Shown here: positions 28,649-41,287 of the stretch, piece after piece
How positions within the stretch are numbered: the stretch's first letter is position 1
How the letters are laid out: every line of letters starts with the position of its first letter
NCBI GenBank assembly: GCA_965261005.1
Contig: OZ253375.1
Coordinates: 2,752,001 to 2,816,000 of the forward strand
Source: Deinococcus sp.
GTDB taxonomy: Bacteria > Deinococcota > Deinococci > Deinococcales > Deinococcaceae
Direction of reading: 5' to 3'
Length of the DNA stretch: 64,000 nucleotides
Program-made: the position numbers and the translations under genes
Notes under the pieces: generated by a model
Seen by the model: the letters and a program-made list of their open reading frames with translations, nothing else
Told to the model about the DNA's origin: nothing
The model's database searches: none

Positions 28649-30398
28649 CGTTGAGGGGCTTGACGTTGGGGGGCTTGACGGCCAAGGTGGGGGCACGCTC
28701 GCCGCGCGCAACGGGCGTCTGCGGCTGGCCCGAGATCTTCAGAAAGCGGGCCACCACCTCGGGGTCGAACTGCTTGCCGGCCTGCGTGGCGATTTCGTCG
28801 AGGGCCTGTTCGGCCGGCCAAGCCGCCTTATAGGGGCGCGCCGAGGTCAGGGCGTCGTACACGTCGCATACCGCGAAGATGCGCGCGAGGCGCGGGATGG
28901 CCTCGCCCGCGAGCCGCTGAGGGTAGCCCGCGCCGTCCCAGCGCTCGTGGTGAAAGCGGATCACGTCCAGGGCGCCGGTGGGCAGGGTGGGCACATTCTG
29001 CGCCAGCAAGTGGCCCTGCACGGTGTGGCTCTGCATCAAGGTCCACTCCTCGGGCGTGAGCTTGCCCGGCTTGAGCAGGATGTGGTCCGGAATGGCGACC
29101 TTGCCGAAGTCGTGCAGGTAGGCGCCTTGGCGCAGCGCCTCGCACTCTTCTCGCGCGAGTCCCAGCGCCTCTCCCAGCGCGGAAGAAAGCGCCACCACCC
29201 GCTCGGTGTGGCCGTGGGTCTCGAAGTCGCGCGCCTCCAGCGCCAGCCCGAGGGCCTTGAGGGCGCCCTCGCGGGTGGCCTCCAGCTGGGCAAGGTGCCG
29301 AACGCGCTCCAGGCTCACGGCCACCGAGCGCGCGGCGGCCTCCAGCAGCTCGCGTTCAGTTGGCGTCCAGGGGCGCGGCTGGCCGTGGCGGTAGGCGCCC
29401 AGCAGCTCTGGCGCGCCCGAATCGCCGGGCATCGGCAGCATGGCCACGCTGCCGATGCCGTGCTGTTTGGCCCCCTGCGCCTCGGCGCGCTCGATGTAGA
29501 CGGGCGCGCTGAAGGGGGCGCGCCCGTGCAGCGGAAGGCCGCGTGACAGGGCCGCACGCAATTCGGGCGTGAACGCGCCGTAAAAGGCCCTCGGCCAGTA
29601 GCGTTCCCCATCCAGGTACCACAGCGCCAAGCCCCCGACGCCGGCGTTGCGCGACAAGACCTGGAGGGCTCGCGCGGCCACCTCGTCCGGGGTGTGCGCC
29701 TCTTCGAGGGCCAGCGACAGCTGGGCCAGGGCCTCGCCCCGCCGCAAACTCGCTTCCAGTTCGGCGGCCCGGGCGCGCTCGCGCCGGCGGCGGTCGTTGG
29801 CCGCCAACAGGGCGGCCGTCAGGTCCACGAACTCGCGCGCGACCTCCAGCGCCTCCTCAGCAAAGGGACGGGCGCTGGAGAGGTTATCCAAGTTCAGGTG
29901 CGCCACCACCTGCCCGTGCAGCGGCACGGGCATACACAGCACCGCCTGAAGTGTGTCCGCTTTCCCGGCGCTCTCGTAGACTTCGTCCAGGGTGGCGTCT
30001 GCGGGCGAGATGGCGCTGACCAGGCGCGAACGGCGCTCGATCTCGGCGCCGCACATCTGGCTCGGCTCGCCCGCGCGCCAGCGCGCCTCGGCGCCGCCGT
30101 ACCAAGCGAAGGTGGCCTGGGCGGAGAGCCGTGCGCCGATCAGCTCCCCGCCGAAACCGACCTGCGCGCGATACACAAAGCTCTCGCCTTCGCGTACGCT
30201 CAGCGAGCCGGCCTCGGCCCCCGGCACGGCGGCCACGGCGGCGGCCAGCAAGGCTTGCCAATCCGCGCCCGTGATGTCGTCGTCGTGGGCGAGCAAAGTC
30301 ATGGCGCCCCGAACCGCCTGCCAAGCCGCGCCCCCCCGCTGGGCGGCGGGCGGTAAGGTGGCCAGGGCGTCGGCGGTGGGCGTTGGGGGCTTGAGCAT
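28635..30398 (-). CDS. GAF-GAF-HD-GYP phosphodiesterase
   Basis: [35 protein letters not shown]; start uncertain. Confidence 0.9.
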   Translation of the reverse strand: MLKPPTPTADALATLPPAAQRGGAAWQAVRGAMTLLAHDDDITGADWQALLAAAVAAVPGAEAGSLSVREGESFVYRAQVGFGGELIGARLSAQATFAWYGGAEARWRAGEPSQMCGAEIERRSRLVSAISPADATLDEVYESAGKADTLQAVLCMPVPLHGQVVAHLNLDNLSSARPFAEEALEVAREFVDLTAALLAANDRRRRERARAAELEASLRRGEALAQLSLALEEAHTPDEVAARALQVLSRNAGVGGLALWYLDGERYWPRAFYGAFTPELRAALSRGLPLHGRAPFSAPVYIERAEAQGAKQHGIGSVAMLPMPGDSGAPELLGAYRHGQPRPWTPTERELLEAAARSVAVSLERVRHLAQLEATREGALKALGLALEARDFETHGHTERVVALSSALGEALGLAREECEALRQGAYLHDFGKVAIPDHILLKPGKLTPEEWTLMQSHTVQGHLLAQNVPTLPTGALDVIRFHHERWDGAGYPQRLAGEAIPRLARIFAVCDVYDALTSARPYKAAWPAEQALDEIATQAGKQFDPEVVARFLKISGQPQTPVARGERAPTLAVKPPNVKPLNVKPL

Positions 30399-30469
30399 GA
30401 GGTTGGGGGCCGCGCTCGCGGGCGTCCTCAAGCTACCCAAGCCGGACTTACCAAAGTCTTACAACATTT

Positions 30470-30757
30470 TCATAGAAGTGATGTTAGCTCGGCGCGCAAG
30501 GCGTCCTCGACGCCGCGCCCGCGCCAAGCGGCTTCCAGCACGAGCGTTTGCGCCCACCGTTCGCCCTCACGCTCGGCCAGCAACACGCCCACCACCCGGC
30601 CGCCCGCGACGGCCAGCAGGCAGATGAGGTCCGCCGCGGGTAGGTCGCGCAGACGTTCAAGGGGCGTCTGCGGGGCCAGCTGCCGCAGCCGGCCGAGCAG
30701 CGCCTCACCGGGCGGCTCGCTCAGGCGGCTCAGGCGCACGCGGGCGGGCAGGGGCAT
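30470..30757 (-). CDS. Small hypothetical protein, GNAT-like
   Basis: AWRGRGV resembles acetyl-CoA motif A; -10-like TACCCT near the start. Confidence 0.5.
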   Translation of the reverse strand: MPLPARVRLSRLSEPPGEALLGRLRQLAPQTPLERLRDLPAADLICLLAVAGGRVVGVLLAEREGERWAQTLVLEAAWRGRGVEDALRAELTSLL

Positions 30758-30882
30758 TGTTGAAGGGTAGCGCGCAAAGAGTGGCGCGCTAGATTGAACC
30801 TTCGCTTGGTATTTGGGGCTTAGTATCTAGGAATGAGGCTCGTCGCTGCTGTTCGGCCGCTCGCCCGCGCGCGGAGAGGCCC

Positions 30883-31206
30883 GTGACGCGGCCGTTCCTC
30901 GCGGTGGTCTTTTCGCTGCTGGCGCTCGCCTGCGCGCCGCTGTCGCTGGCGGCCTTTGCGGGCGTCAATCCGGGCGCCCCCAGCCTCCTGCGGCTGCTGT
31001 CCGCCGTGGAGGCGACCCTCGCGGCGCGCGTCTCGCTGCAAGGGGTGGACCCCTTTTGGCGCGGGCTGACCGAGCTGGCCCTGAGCGCCCTGTTCGTGTG
31101 GCTGGCGGTCTACCTGTGGCCACGCCGCCGCGCCGTCCGGGCCGCTCAAACAGAGGAGACGGCGGAGGTGGCGCCGCGTAAAAATCCCTACGGGCGCCAC
31201 GGCTGA
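30883..31206 (+). CDS. Hypothetical membrane protein
   Basis: Two hydrophobic segments, GGAG RBS. Confidence 0.55.
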   Translation: MTRPFLAVVFSLLALACAPLSLAAFAGVNPGAPSLLRLLSAVEATLAARVSLQGVDPFWRGLTELALSALFVWLAVYLWPRRRAVRAAQTEETAEVAPRKNPYGRHG

Positions 31207-31304
31207 GGAGCGGCGGGACACCTCTTGGCGCTCATGGAGCGCGTGTTAGCATGCGGTGCTCGCCGCCCCAACGGCGCAAAGCCGGGCGGCGTCAAGGAGA
31301 CAGG

Positions 31305-32345
31305 GTGAGGTTTTCAGAGGATATTGGCATTGATCTTGGAACGGCGACGTTCCTGATTTACAGCAAAAACCGTGGGCTGATTCTCAACGAGCCGAGCGTA
31401 ATCGCCATGACGCGCGACACCAAGGAAGTGATGGCGGTCGGGGAAGAGGCGTACCGGATGCTCGGCCGCACGCCCGGCAACATCGTGGCGGTGCGGCCCA
31501 TCAAGGACGGCGTGATCGCCGACGACGCCCTGACCGAAAAGATGATCGCCATGTTTTTGCGCAAGACGCAGGGCGGGGCTGGGCGGCTCTTCGGCTTCAA
31601 GCCGCAACTGATGGTGGGGGTGCCTTCCGGGGTGACCGACGTGGAAAAGCGCGCCGTGCTGCGCGCGGCCCTCAACGCCAACGCCAAGCGCGCCTTTTTG
31701 ATCGAGGAACCGCTGGCGGCGGCCATTGGCGCGGGCCTCAAGATCGCCGAGCCGGTCGGCAGCATGGTGGTGGACATCGGCGGCGGCTCCACCGACATCG
31801 CCGTGATCTCGCTGGGCGGCATCGTGGTGTCGGAGTCCCTCAAGGTGGCCGGCAACGAGTTCGACGAGTCGATCATCCGCTTCGTGCGCCGCAAGCACAA
31901 CCTGATGATCGGCGACCGCACCGCCGAGGAAATCAAGGTCAAGATCGGCGCGGCCATGCTGCTGCGCCCCGATGACAACATTCTGGCCGAGGTGCGCGGG
32001 CGCGACCTGGTGCATGGTCTGCCCAAGACCATCACGCTGCACAGCGCCGACATCGTGGACGCCCTCGGCGAGCCGGTCAGCAAGATCGTGGAGGGGGTCA
32101 AGCGCGTGCTGGAGGCGACCCCGCCCGAGCTGGTCAGCGACATCATCGACCGGGGCGTGGTGATGACCGGGGGCGGCAGCTTGCTGCGCAACTTCGATGA
32201 GATGCTGCGCCAAGCGACCGGCATTCCGGTGGCCGTGGCCGAAAACGCCACCGAGGCCGTCGCCATCGGCACCGGCATGGCGCTGGAGATGATCCCGGTG
32301 CTGCGCCACCATTTGATTTCGAGCGACAACTACCTCAGAAGATGA
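31305..32345 (+). CDS. mreB: Rod shape-determining actin-like protein
   Basis: IGIDLGT, IEEPLAAAIGAG, VDIGGGSTD, TGGGSLL; GTG start after AAGGAG. Confidence 0.95.
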   Translation: MRFSEDIGIDLGTATFLIYSKNRGLILNEPSVIAMTRDTKEVMAVGEEAYRMLGRTPGNIVAVRPIKDGVIADDALTEKMIAMFLRKTQGGAGRLFGFKPQLMVGVPSGVTDVEKRAVLRAALNANAKRAFLIEEPLAAAIGAGLKIAEPVGSMVVDIGGGSTDIAVISLGGIVVSESLKVAGNEFDESIIRFVRRKHNLMIGDRTAEEIKVKIGAAMLLRPDDNILAEVRGRDLVHGLPKTITLHSADIVDALGEPVSKIVEGVKRVLEATPPELVSDIIDRGVVMTGGGSLLRNFDEMLRQATGIPVAVAENATEAVAIGTGMALEMIPVLRHHLISSDNYLRR

Positions 32346-32426
32346 GGCTGATGGCGCGCAGAACGTGGAGCGTGGACAACACGTCTTTTTCCCCACGCTC
32401 TGCGGGCCACACCCCACGACCCGACC

Positions 32427-32879
32427 ATGACTGACACCCCATCCAATCCCCCCATCCATTCCGCCCTCGACATTCAGCAGGTCCTGGCCCGCTTGCCGCA
32501 CCGCTACCCTTTCGTGCTGGTGGACCGGGTGCTGTCGCACAGCTTCGACGAGGTTCACGCCATCAAGAACGTGACCATCGGCGAGCCGTTTTTTCAGGGG
32601 CACTTTCCCGGCGAGCCGGTGATGCCGGGGGTGCTGATTTTGGAGGCGTTGGCGCAGACCAGCATGTTCGGCCTCAATCAGCCCGACGGCGCGGTCGGCT
32701 ACCTGGTCGGCATCGACGGCGCGCGCTTCAAGCGCAAGGTGGTGCCGGGGGACCAGTTGCACCTGCACGCCAAGCTGGAATTTTTTCGGCGCGGCCTCGG
32801 CAAGACCATCTGCCGCGCCGAGGTGGACGGCCAGCTGGCCTGTGAGGCCCGGATTCTCTTCGCGCTGGCGAAGCCGTGA
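32427..32879 (+). CDS. fabZ: 3-hydroxyacyl-ACP dehydratase
   Basis: [31 protein letters not shown]. Confidence 0.97.
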   Translation: MTDTPSNPPIHSALDIQQVLARLPHRYPFVLVDRVLSHSFDEVHAIKNVTIGEPFFQGHFPGEPVMPGVLILEALAQTSMFGLNQPDGAVGYLVGIDGARFKRKVVPGDQLHLHAKLEFFRRGLGKTICRAEVDGQLACEARILFALAKP

Positions 32880-32910
32880 CGCCGTGCCCACGGTCTCTTC
32901 CCCACCCCTG

Positions 32911-34059
32911 ATGCTGCAACGCTACATTCTGCGCGAACTGCTGCCGCCCCTGCTCACTGGGACGGCCCTCTTCGTGGCCATCATCTCCTTCGGGTACTTC
33001 TTCGTCTCATCACAGTTCTTGGGGGGCGCGCCGGTGTTCGGCGTGCTGCGCTACATCGCGCTGCAAGTGCCCGACACCTTGGTCAAGGTCTTTCCGATGG
33101 CGGTGGTCCTGATGGTGGTGGTGGCCTACGGGCGGCTCTCCAACGAGCGCGAGCTGAGCGCGGCGCAGTCGGGCGGGGTATCGCTGGGGCGGGCGGCGTG
33201 GCCGGCGCTGGGCATCGCCCTGGCGGTGTCGGGCTTGTCCCTCTATCTCTCCGAGGCGGTGGTGCCGCAGGCCAACGTGGCGGCGCGCGCTTACTACTGG
33301 GACGATTTGACCGGGGCGGGCCTGTCGCAGCTGGCCGGGCGCACGGTGGAGATCGGGCCGGGGTTGGAGCTACACTTCGCAAGGTACGATCCGGGCACGC
33401 GTGAGATGCACAACGTCCGGCTTCAGCAGTGGAGCGAGGAGGGCGCGGGGCGCGCGGCCCTGCTGTTTCTGGCGGACCGGGGCACCTATGAAGGCAGCGC
33501 CATCACCCTCAGCGGCTACCAAGGCTACAGCATTGACTACGCGGCGGTGAGCGCTCTAGACGAACTGCCGGGGAACGCTTCCGGGCGGCAGTATCAGGGC
33601 GCGCTCAAACAGGTCTTCAAGCTGGCCTACCTGCCCTCCAAGCCGGCCGACCAGTTCGAGATTGACACCGGCCTTTCGCGCCAACAGACCTTGGCCCAGT
33701 TCGCCGACGCGATTTCTGCCGACAACAAGTCCCTGTCGCAGCTGTGGCAATTGATCTTCAGCCCGGCCAGCACGCCAAGCGACCGCTTCGCCGCGCGCGT
33801 CGAGTTGCAGCGCAAGCTGGCCTTGCCCTTTGGCAACCTCGTGCTGGTGCTGGCGGCGCTGCCCTTCGCCCTGCGCTACGGCCGCACGACCGGGGTGGCG
33901 CTGGGGGTCGCCCTGATCATCGCCATTTCGTATTACGTTGTGTACATCGTGGGCCTGTCTCTCACCAACTCGGGCGTGCTGCCGCCGGAACTCGGGGCTT
34001 GGCTCGCGAACGTGGTGTTCGCGCTCACCGGGTTGTACCTGCTGCGGCGGGCCGGGTGA
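32911..34059 (+). CDS. LptF/LptG family permease
   Basis: LQRYILRE, GRLSNERELSA, RKLALPF, transmembrane pattern. Confidence 0.85.
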   Translation: MLQRYILRELLPPLLTGTALFVAIISFGYFFVSSQFLGGAPVFGVLRYIALQVPDTLVKVFPMAVVLMVVVAYGRLSNERELSAAQSGGVSLGRAAWPALGIALAVSGLSLYLSEAVVPQANVAARAYYWDDLTGAGLSQLAGRTVEIGPGLELHFARYDPGTREMHNVRLQQWSEEGAGRAALLFLADRGTYEGSAITLSGYQGYSIDYAAVSALDELPGNASGRQYQGALKQVFKLAYLPSKPADQFEIDTGLSRQQTLAQFADAISADNKSLSQLWQLIFSPASTPSDRFAARVELQRKLALPFGNLVLVLAALPFALRYGRTTGVALGVALIIAISYYVVYIVGLSLTNSGVLPPELGAWLANVVFALTGLYLLRRAG

Positions 34060-35219
34060 GGGTCCGGGGAAAGGGCGTGGCCCCGTCCGTGGCGCCGTCC
34101 GAGCTGCGCGCCGTGCTGCTGTCGGCCTCGCTGGGCGGCGGGCACGTCAAGGCGATGGAGGCCCTCTCGCACGCCCTGGAGCGCGAGGCGCCCGGCCTGA
34201 ACGCCTTGGAGGTGGACTACCTCAGCTACCTGAACCCCGTGCAGCTAGGCTTGTCGCTGGGCGTCTACCGTATGTGGCTGGAGCACAGCCCGGCCACCTA
34301 CCGCTACTTTTACCACTGGAGCAACCGCGCGTCGGCCCCCCGGGCGGTCAAGTACTCGTCGAGCACCGCCGGTCTGCCGCGCCTCTTGCGCGACCTTCGC
34401 CGTGCCAAGCCACAATTGGTGATCTCCAGCTACGACGCGCCTACCGCTCTGGCCGACACCGCCCGGCGCCGCCAGGGGCTGCGCTTTCTGAACGCCCTGC
34501 TGGTGACCGACTACGGCGCCCACTACCATTGGGCGCGCCACGAGGCGGACGTGCTGCTGGTGGCGACCGACCGCGTGAAAGAGCAGCTGACCCAGTGGGG
34601 TATCGCCCCCGAAAAGGTGGCCGTGACCGGCATTCCCATCGTGTCCCGGGTGTCCGAGCTGATCGGGGCGGACAAGGCCGCGCTGCGCGCCCACTTCGGC
34701 CTGCGCCCCGAAGAACCCTTGGTGTTGGTCTCGGGCGGCGGGCAGGGCAGCGTCTACCACGCCACCCAGGAGGTGGTGGACGCCTGCGCGGCGGTGGGGA
34801 CGCGGGTGCAGGTGTTGCTGCTGGCCGGCGGGGGCAGCCTGGGCACCGAGCGGGTCGGCGGCGCGACGGTGCATCGCCTCGGCTACACCCGCTTTTTCCC
34901 GGAGCTGCTGGCCGCCAGCGACCTGGTGATCGGCAAGGCGGGCGGCCTGACCGTGGCCGAGGCGACCACGCTGGGGGTGCCCATGCTGGTCTACGTGCCC
35001 ATTCCGGGGCAGGAGGAGGCCAACGCCGCCTACCTGGAGGAGAACGGCGCGGCCGTGTGGGCGCGCGACAGGTGGACGCTGCGGCGCGAGCTGGCCCGCT
35101 TGCTCGGCGACGAGGGCGCGCGCGCGGCCATGTCGGCGGCGGCCTCGCGCCTGGGGCGCCCGCACGCGGCGCGCGACGCGGCGCGCGAATTGCTGTCGCG
35201 CCTGGGAGAGTGGGAATGA
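34056..35219 (+). CDS. MGDG synthase/UgtP-like glycosyltransferase (GT28)
   Basis: SLGGGH, LVTDY, VTGIP, GKAGGLTVAEA, PIPGQEEANA. Confidence 0.88.
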   Translation: MRVRGKGVAPSVAPSELRAVLLSASLGGGHVKAMEALSHALEREAPGLNALEVDYLSYLNPVQLGLSLGVYRMWLEHSPATYRYFYHWSNRASAPRAVKYSSSTAGLPRLLRDLRRAKPQLVISSYDAPTALADTARRRQGLRFLNALLVTDYGAHYHWARHEADVLLVATDRVKEQLTQWGIAPEKVAVTGIPIVSRVSELIGADKAALRAHFGLRPEEPLVLVSGGGQGSVYHATQEVVDACAAVGTRVQVLLLAGGGSLGTERVGGATVHRLGYTRFFPELLAASDLVIGKAGGLTVAEATTLGVPMLVYVPIPGQEEANAAYLEENGAAVWARDRWTLRRELARLLGDEGARAAMSAAASRLGRPHAARDAARELLSRLGEWE

Positions 35220-36430
35220 GCAAAGCGAGAAAAGTGTTGGGCGCGCTGGCGCTGCTGGGGACCGCCTACGTCGGCGCCCCTTACCTGGCCGTGCAGCTCG
35301 CCAACCTGGGTTTGCTGCGCTTGGGACGCGGCCCGGACGCCAGAATCGCGCTCACCTTCGACGACGGCCCCGATTCGCAGACCACCCCACAGGTGCTCGG
35401 CGCCCTGGCGGCGGGGGGGGTGCGGGCCACGTTCTTTTTGCTGGGTGAGGCGGTGGAGCGCCGGCCCGACCTGGCGCGGCAGATCGCCGAGGCGGGCCAC
35501 GAGATCGGCTCGCACGGCTACGCTCACCGCCACGCCTGGCTGCGAAACCCCCTCGGTGTGCGCGCCGACTTGGCGAGGTCGCTGGACGCCATCGAGCGGG
35601 CGACCGGCGGGCGCCCGACCCTTTACCGCCCGCCGCACGGCGCCTACAGCTTGGCGACCTGGTGGGCCATGCGCGCCTGCGGGGTGCGCGGGGTGCATTG
35701 GACCCTGGAGGCGCACGACTGGCGCCCGGACTACGCGCCGGGGGACGTGGTGCGGCGGGTGCTGGACCACGCCGAGCCGGGCGGGGTGATCGTGCTGCAC
35801 GACGCGGGGCCGGGCGGCCAGGTGACGGCGGCGGCGCTGCCGGAGGTGTTGCGGGAGCTGAGGGCGCGCGGCTACGTCCCCTCGGCTGCGGGCGACCTGG
35901 CGGGTTTGCGCCCCGAGCGGTTCGCCGACCTCGCGCCGCGCCTGCTCAGATTGGTGGACGCCGCCTTCGACCGCAAGGGCGGCATCTCGCCGGTGGGTGA
36001 GCGGGCCAGCAGCCAATTTCGCGCCGGCGTGGCGGCTTTTCCGCTGGCGGGCCATCCCGACTTTGAGAAGGGGGAGAGCTTGCTGGAAATGCACGTCAAC
36101 GGCGAAAAGCTGTCGCGCATGCAAAGTCGGCCCCTACAAGGCATCCGCCAAACCAGGGACAGTTTGCGCGAACTCGCCCAGGCCATGCAGGAGCGGCCCG
36201 AGTGGGGGGAGATTCCCGGCGTCTTCGCCATCGGCCCCTACGCCGGCATTCTGGGCGGGCTGGGCTTCCAAATTTCCCCCGTGCCGCCCGAGATGCGCCG
36301 TCGCCTGACCCTCTGGACCGAGCTGCTGCGCCGGGCTTACGGCAGCAAGCCCAACGCGCAACTGCACGAGGTCAAGCTGGCCCTGATCACACGGAGAGAA
36401 CTCCTCCGGCGCTACGGGGCGGGGGGCTGA
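35216..36430 (+). CDS. Polysaccharide deacetylase (NodB) fused to a YkoP-like C-terminal domain
   Basis: LTFDDGP, HEIGSHGYAH, YRPPHG, IVLHD; C-terminal LLEMHVNGE. Confidence 0.85.
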   Translation: MSKARKVLGALALLGTAYVGAPYLAVQLANLGLLRLGRGPDARIALTFDDGPDSQTTPQVLGALAAGGVRATFFLLGEAVERRPDLARQIAEAGHEIGSHGYAHRHAWLRNPLGVRADLARSLDAIERATGGRPTLYRPPHGAYSLATWWAMRACGVRGVHWTLEAHDWRPDYAPGDVVRRVLDHAEPGGVIVLHDAGPGGQVTAAALPEVLRELRARGYVPSAAGDLAGLRPERFADLAPRLLRLVDAAFDRKGGISPVGERASSQFRAGVAAFPLAGHPDFEKGESLLEMHVNGEKLSRMQSRPLQGIRQTRDSLRELAQAMQERPEWGEIPGVFAIGPYAGILGGLGFQISPVPPEMRRRLTLWTELLRRAYGSKPNAQLHEVKLALITRRELLRRYGAGG

Positions 36431-36437
36431 CCCGGGC

Positions 36438-37161
36438 GTGGACTACACCCCCTTCGCCGACCTCTACGACCGCCAGTACGCCCTGTACCGCGACGACCTG
36501 CACTTTTACGCGGGGTTGGCGCGCGGCGCGGGGAGCGTGCTGGAGTTGGGCGCCGGCTCCGGGCGGGTGACGCTGGAGTTGGCAAGGACGGGGGCGCGGG
36601 TCACGGGGCTGGAGCCGTCGGGGGGCATGCTGGACCGGGCGCGGGCGCGCCTGGTGGGGGCGGGGGTGGAGGCGCGCCTCATTCAGGGCGACATGCGCGA
36701 TTTCGATCTGGAGGAACACTTCGACTTGATCGTGGCCCCCTTCAACGCCCTGATGCACCTGTACACCGCCCGCGACCAGGTGGCGACGTTGCGGAACGTG
36801 CGGCGCCACCTGCGGCCGGGGGGCAGCTTCGCCTTTGACGTGTACGTGCCCAGCTTCGGCCCGGAGGGCGTGCTGCGCCACGAGGGCGAGACTTTTTATG
36901 AAGCCAAAGCTGACGGACGCCGGGCGCGTACCGACGTGTTCGTGTTGCAGCACATCGACCGGCTGAACCAGCTGGCGACCACCGAGTACTTCGTGGACAC
37001 GGGTGAGAACGGTCTGTTGCGCCGCGAGTACCACACCCTGACCCAGCGCTACTACACCCGCTTCGAGCTGGAGTGGCTGCTGCGGCATGCGGGCTTCAAG
37101 GCACGCTTCGCCGGCTCGTTTGAGGGCGGGCCGCTGGGGGAGGAGAGCGAGGTGATGGTGG

Positions 37162-37181
<20 letters not shown>
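36438..37181 (+). CDS. Class I SAM-dependent methyltransferase
   Basis: VLELGAGSGR, QGDMRDF. Confidence 0.9.
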
Positions 37182-37674
<493 letters not shown>

Positions 37675-37719
37675 GCGCCATTGTAGAAACAAATCGGCGG
37701 GATGTGAGGCTAAGGTTCG

Positions 37720-38871
37720 TCAGGTCGTGTACTCGGCGTTGATCCGCACGTACTCGGCGCTCAGGTCGCAGCCCCAGGCCTCGCCGGTCGCCGCGCCCAC
37801 GCCCAAGTCCACCTCGAACACGACCTCTTCCGAGCGCATGGCCCGTGAGACGGCGCCCGCGTCAAAGGGCAGCGGCGCCCCCGCGAAGACCGGCGTGCCT
37901 TGCACGCCTACACATAGCTTTTCCAAGTCCAGCCGCGCCCCCGAGCGGCCCAGCGCCATGATGACCCGGCCCCAGTTAGGGTCGAAGCCGTGGACGGCGC
38001 TCTTGAGCAGGGGACTCGCGGCGCAGGTGCGGGCCGCTTGCAGCGCCGCCGCCTCGCTCTCGGCCCCGCCCACCCGCACGGTCAGCAGCCGGGTGGCCCC
38101 CTCGCCGTCGCGGGCGATCATGCGGGCCAGGTCGCGCATCACGGCCTCCAGCGCGGCCAGGAACTCGCCCATATCCGCCCGGTCGGCCGCGCCGTTCGCC
38201 AGCACGGCGGTCATGTCGTTGGTCGAGGTGTCGCCGTCCACCGTCACCGCGTTAAAGGTGCGGTTCACGATGGCGGGAAAGGCGGCCCGCAGCGCGCTCT
38301 GCTCGATCCCCGCGTCGCTGTAGATAAAGGCGAACATGGTCGCCATGTCCGGGTGAATCATGCCGCTGCCTTTCGCCACGCCGACCAAGCGCTGCCCGCC
38401 GCTCAGGGTGCGCGCCGCGACTTTGGGCAGCGTGTCGGTGGTCATGATGGCGTGGGCATGCGGCTCCACCTCAGCGCCGAAGTGCCCGCTCAGCTGATCC
38501 ACGCCGAAGCGCACCTTGTCCATTGGCAGGCGGTGCCCGATCACGCCGGTCGAGGCGGTCAGAACTGCATGTTCCGGTATCCCAAGTGTCTCGGCCAATC
38601 GCCCGGCCAGCTCGGCGTCGTCGGCTATCCCGCCCCGCCCGGTGGCCGCGTTGGCGTTGCCCGCGTTCACAATCAAAGCGCGCAACGGCCCGCCGGCGGC
38701 ATAAAGCGCGCGCCCGCGCCCCACGCAGGCCGCCGCCGCCGCGCTCTTGGTGCCCGCGAAGGCCCAGGCGCAGTCCCGCAGGCTGACCACGGCCGTCAAG
38801 TCGGGCCGGCCCGAGGGCTTGATGTGGGCGGCGAGGGCGGCGGCGGAGAAGCCGAGGGGCAGGTCGGTCAC
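37720..38871 (-). CDS. argJ: Bifunctional ornithine acetyltransferase/N-acetylglutamate synthase
   Basis: [40 protein letters not shown]. Confidence 0.96.
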   Translation of the reverse strand: MTDLPLGFSAAALAAHIKPSGRPDLTAVVSLRDCAWAFAGTKSAAAAACVGRGRALYAAGGPLRALIVNAGNANAATGRGGIADDAELAGRLAETLGIPEHAVLTASTGVIGHRLPMDKVRFGVDQLSGHFGAEVEPHAHAIMTTDTLPKVAARTLSGGQRLVGVAKGSGMIHPDMATMFAFIYSDAGIEQSALRAAFPAIVNRTFNAVTVDGDTSTNDMTAVLANGAADRADMGEFLAALEAVMRDLARMIARDGEGATRLLTVRVGGAESEAAALQAARTCAASPLLKSAVHGFDPNWGRVIMALGRSGARLDLEKLCVGVQGTPVFAGAPLPFDAGAVSRAMRSEEVVFEVDLGVGAATGEAWGCDLSAEYVRINAEYTT

Positions 38872-39827
38872 GCGCTCACCGTTTCCCGTGCCAGGGCGTA
38901 CTCCCGCTCCCCCTCCAGCCCCAGCATCAGATCCAAGTCCTGCACCGCCTGCCCGCTGGCCCCCTTGCCCAAGTTGTCCAGCCGCGCCACCAGCAGGGCC
39001 TGCCCCTCCGCCGGGTTCTCGTAGACGAACAACTCCATCAGGTTGGTGCCCGCCAGCGTCTCTGGGTCCAGCACGTCGGGGGCGCCCTCCACGACCGTGA
39101 CGAAGCGCCGCCCCGCGTAATGCTCGCCCAGGGCGGTCCTCAAGTCGGTTCCGGTAACGCCGTTCAACAGCCTCAAGTGCAGCGGAATAGACACCAACAT
39201 GCCCTGCCGCCAAGTGCCGACGTTCGGCGTGAACAGCGGCTTGTAGCTGAGGCCGCCGTACCGCTGCATCTCCGGCGCGTGCTTGTGGGCGAGGCCCAGC
39301 GCGTAGGCGCGGTACGGCCCGGCCAAGCGGTGCTCCCCGCGCCCCTCCACGGCGTCTATCAGTTGCCGGCCGCCACCGCTGTAGCCGCTCGCGCCGTTCA
39401 CGCTGAGGGGGAAGTCGGGCGGCAGCAGGCCCGCGTCCACCAGCGGCCGAATCAGGGCGACCATGCCAGTGGCGTAGCAGCCCGGCGCCGAGACGCGGCG
39501 GGCGTTCTTGATTCGCTCGGCCTGTCCCGCGTCCAGCTCGGGAAAGCCGTAGGTCCAGCCCAGTTGAGTCCGGTGCGCGCTGCTGGCGTCCAGCACCCGC
39601 ACCCCCGGGTTCTCGATCAGGGCGACCGCTTCCCGCGCCGCGTCGTCGGGCAGGCACAGCACCGCCACATCCACGCCGTTCAGCAGCTCGCGTCGCGCCG
39701 CCGTGTCTTTGCGCTTCTCTGGGGGGGCGCTGACCAGTTCGAGGTCGTCCCTTCCCTCCAGCCGGGCGCGAATTTGGAGGCCGGTGGTGCCCGCCTCGCC
39801 GTCTATGAAGATGGTCGGGGTGCTCAA
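38868..39827 (-). CDS. argC: N-acetyl-gamma-glutamyl-phosphate reductase (type 2)
   Basis: [32 protein letters not shown]. Confidence 0.95.
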   Translation of the reverse strand: MSTPTIFIDGEAGTTGLQIRARLEGRDDLELVSAPPEKRKDTAARRELLNGVDVAVLCLPDDAAREAVALIENPGVRVLDASSAHRTQLGWTYGFPELDAGQAERIKNARRVSAPGCYATGMVALIRPLVDAGLLPPDFPLSVNGASGYSGGGRQLIDAVEGRGEHRLAGPYRAYALGLAHKHAPEMQRYGGLSYKPLFTPNVGTWRQGMLVSIPLHLRLLNGVTGTDLRTALGEHYAGRRFVTVVEGAPDVLDPETLAGTNLMELFVYENPAEGQALLVARLDNLGKGASGQAVQDLDLMLGLEGEREYALARETVSA

Positions 39828-39852
39828 GGGTGAACTTTCGTGTCGGCCGCGC

Positions 39853-40239
39853 TCAGACCAGCGTCGGGGAAGGGGCGAGCGGGGCGGTGCCGTCCTCGTC
39901 GGGCGTGACCTCGGGCGTCACCTCGGTTGCCAGCAGGTCGCCCGCGTTGTCCGGCGGCGGCGTGGTGGCCTCGCCGCCGATGATGACGGTGGCCGCGCCC
40001 GAGGCCACCACGCCCGCGTGGGCGGTCAGGTCCCCCACGCGGGCGGCGGGCAGGCCGTTGATCAGGACCGTGGCCGAGCCGGCGGCGACCATGTTGGGCG
40101 GGCCGGGGCAGATGCACACGTCGCTCACGCGGGCGGCGGCGAGGCCCTCGATCAGCACGTCGGGCGAACCGAGGGCGATGGCGCCCCCCCCGTGAATAGG
40201 GCACACGTGCGCGTCTCCGAGGCGGGCGGCGTTTGGCAT
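39853..40239 (-). CDS. PAAR domain protein with acidic Pro/Thr-rich tail
   Basis: Three repeats [21 protein letters not shown]; candidate Cys/His metal ligands. Confidence 0.9.
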   Translation of the reverse strand: MPNAARLGDAHVCPIHGGGAIALGSPDVLIEGLAAARVSDVCICPGPPNMVAAGSATVLINGLPAARVGDLTAHAGVVASGAATVIIGGEATTPPPDNAGDLLATEVTPEVTPDEDGTAPLAPSPTLV

Positions 40240-40264
40240 GGGTTCAGCTTACCACTGCGCTCAT

Positions 40265-41236
<972 letters not shown>

Positions 41237-41287
41237 AGAGAATAAGTTTATAGCCAGAGTGCATGAAGATGCGTCCGGCTTATACCC

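Noticed and set aside
32350..32425. Heptamer-like inverted repeats between mreB and fabZ
   Set aside because: Too short and degenerate to separate from an ordinary intergenic hairpin
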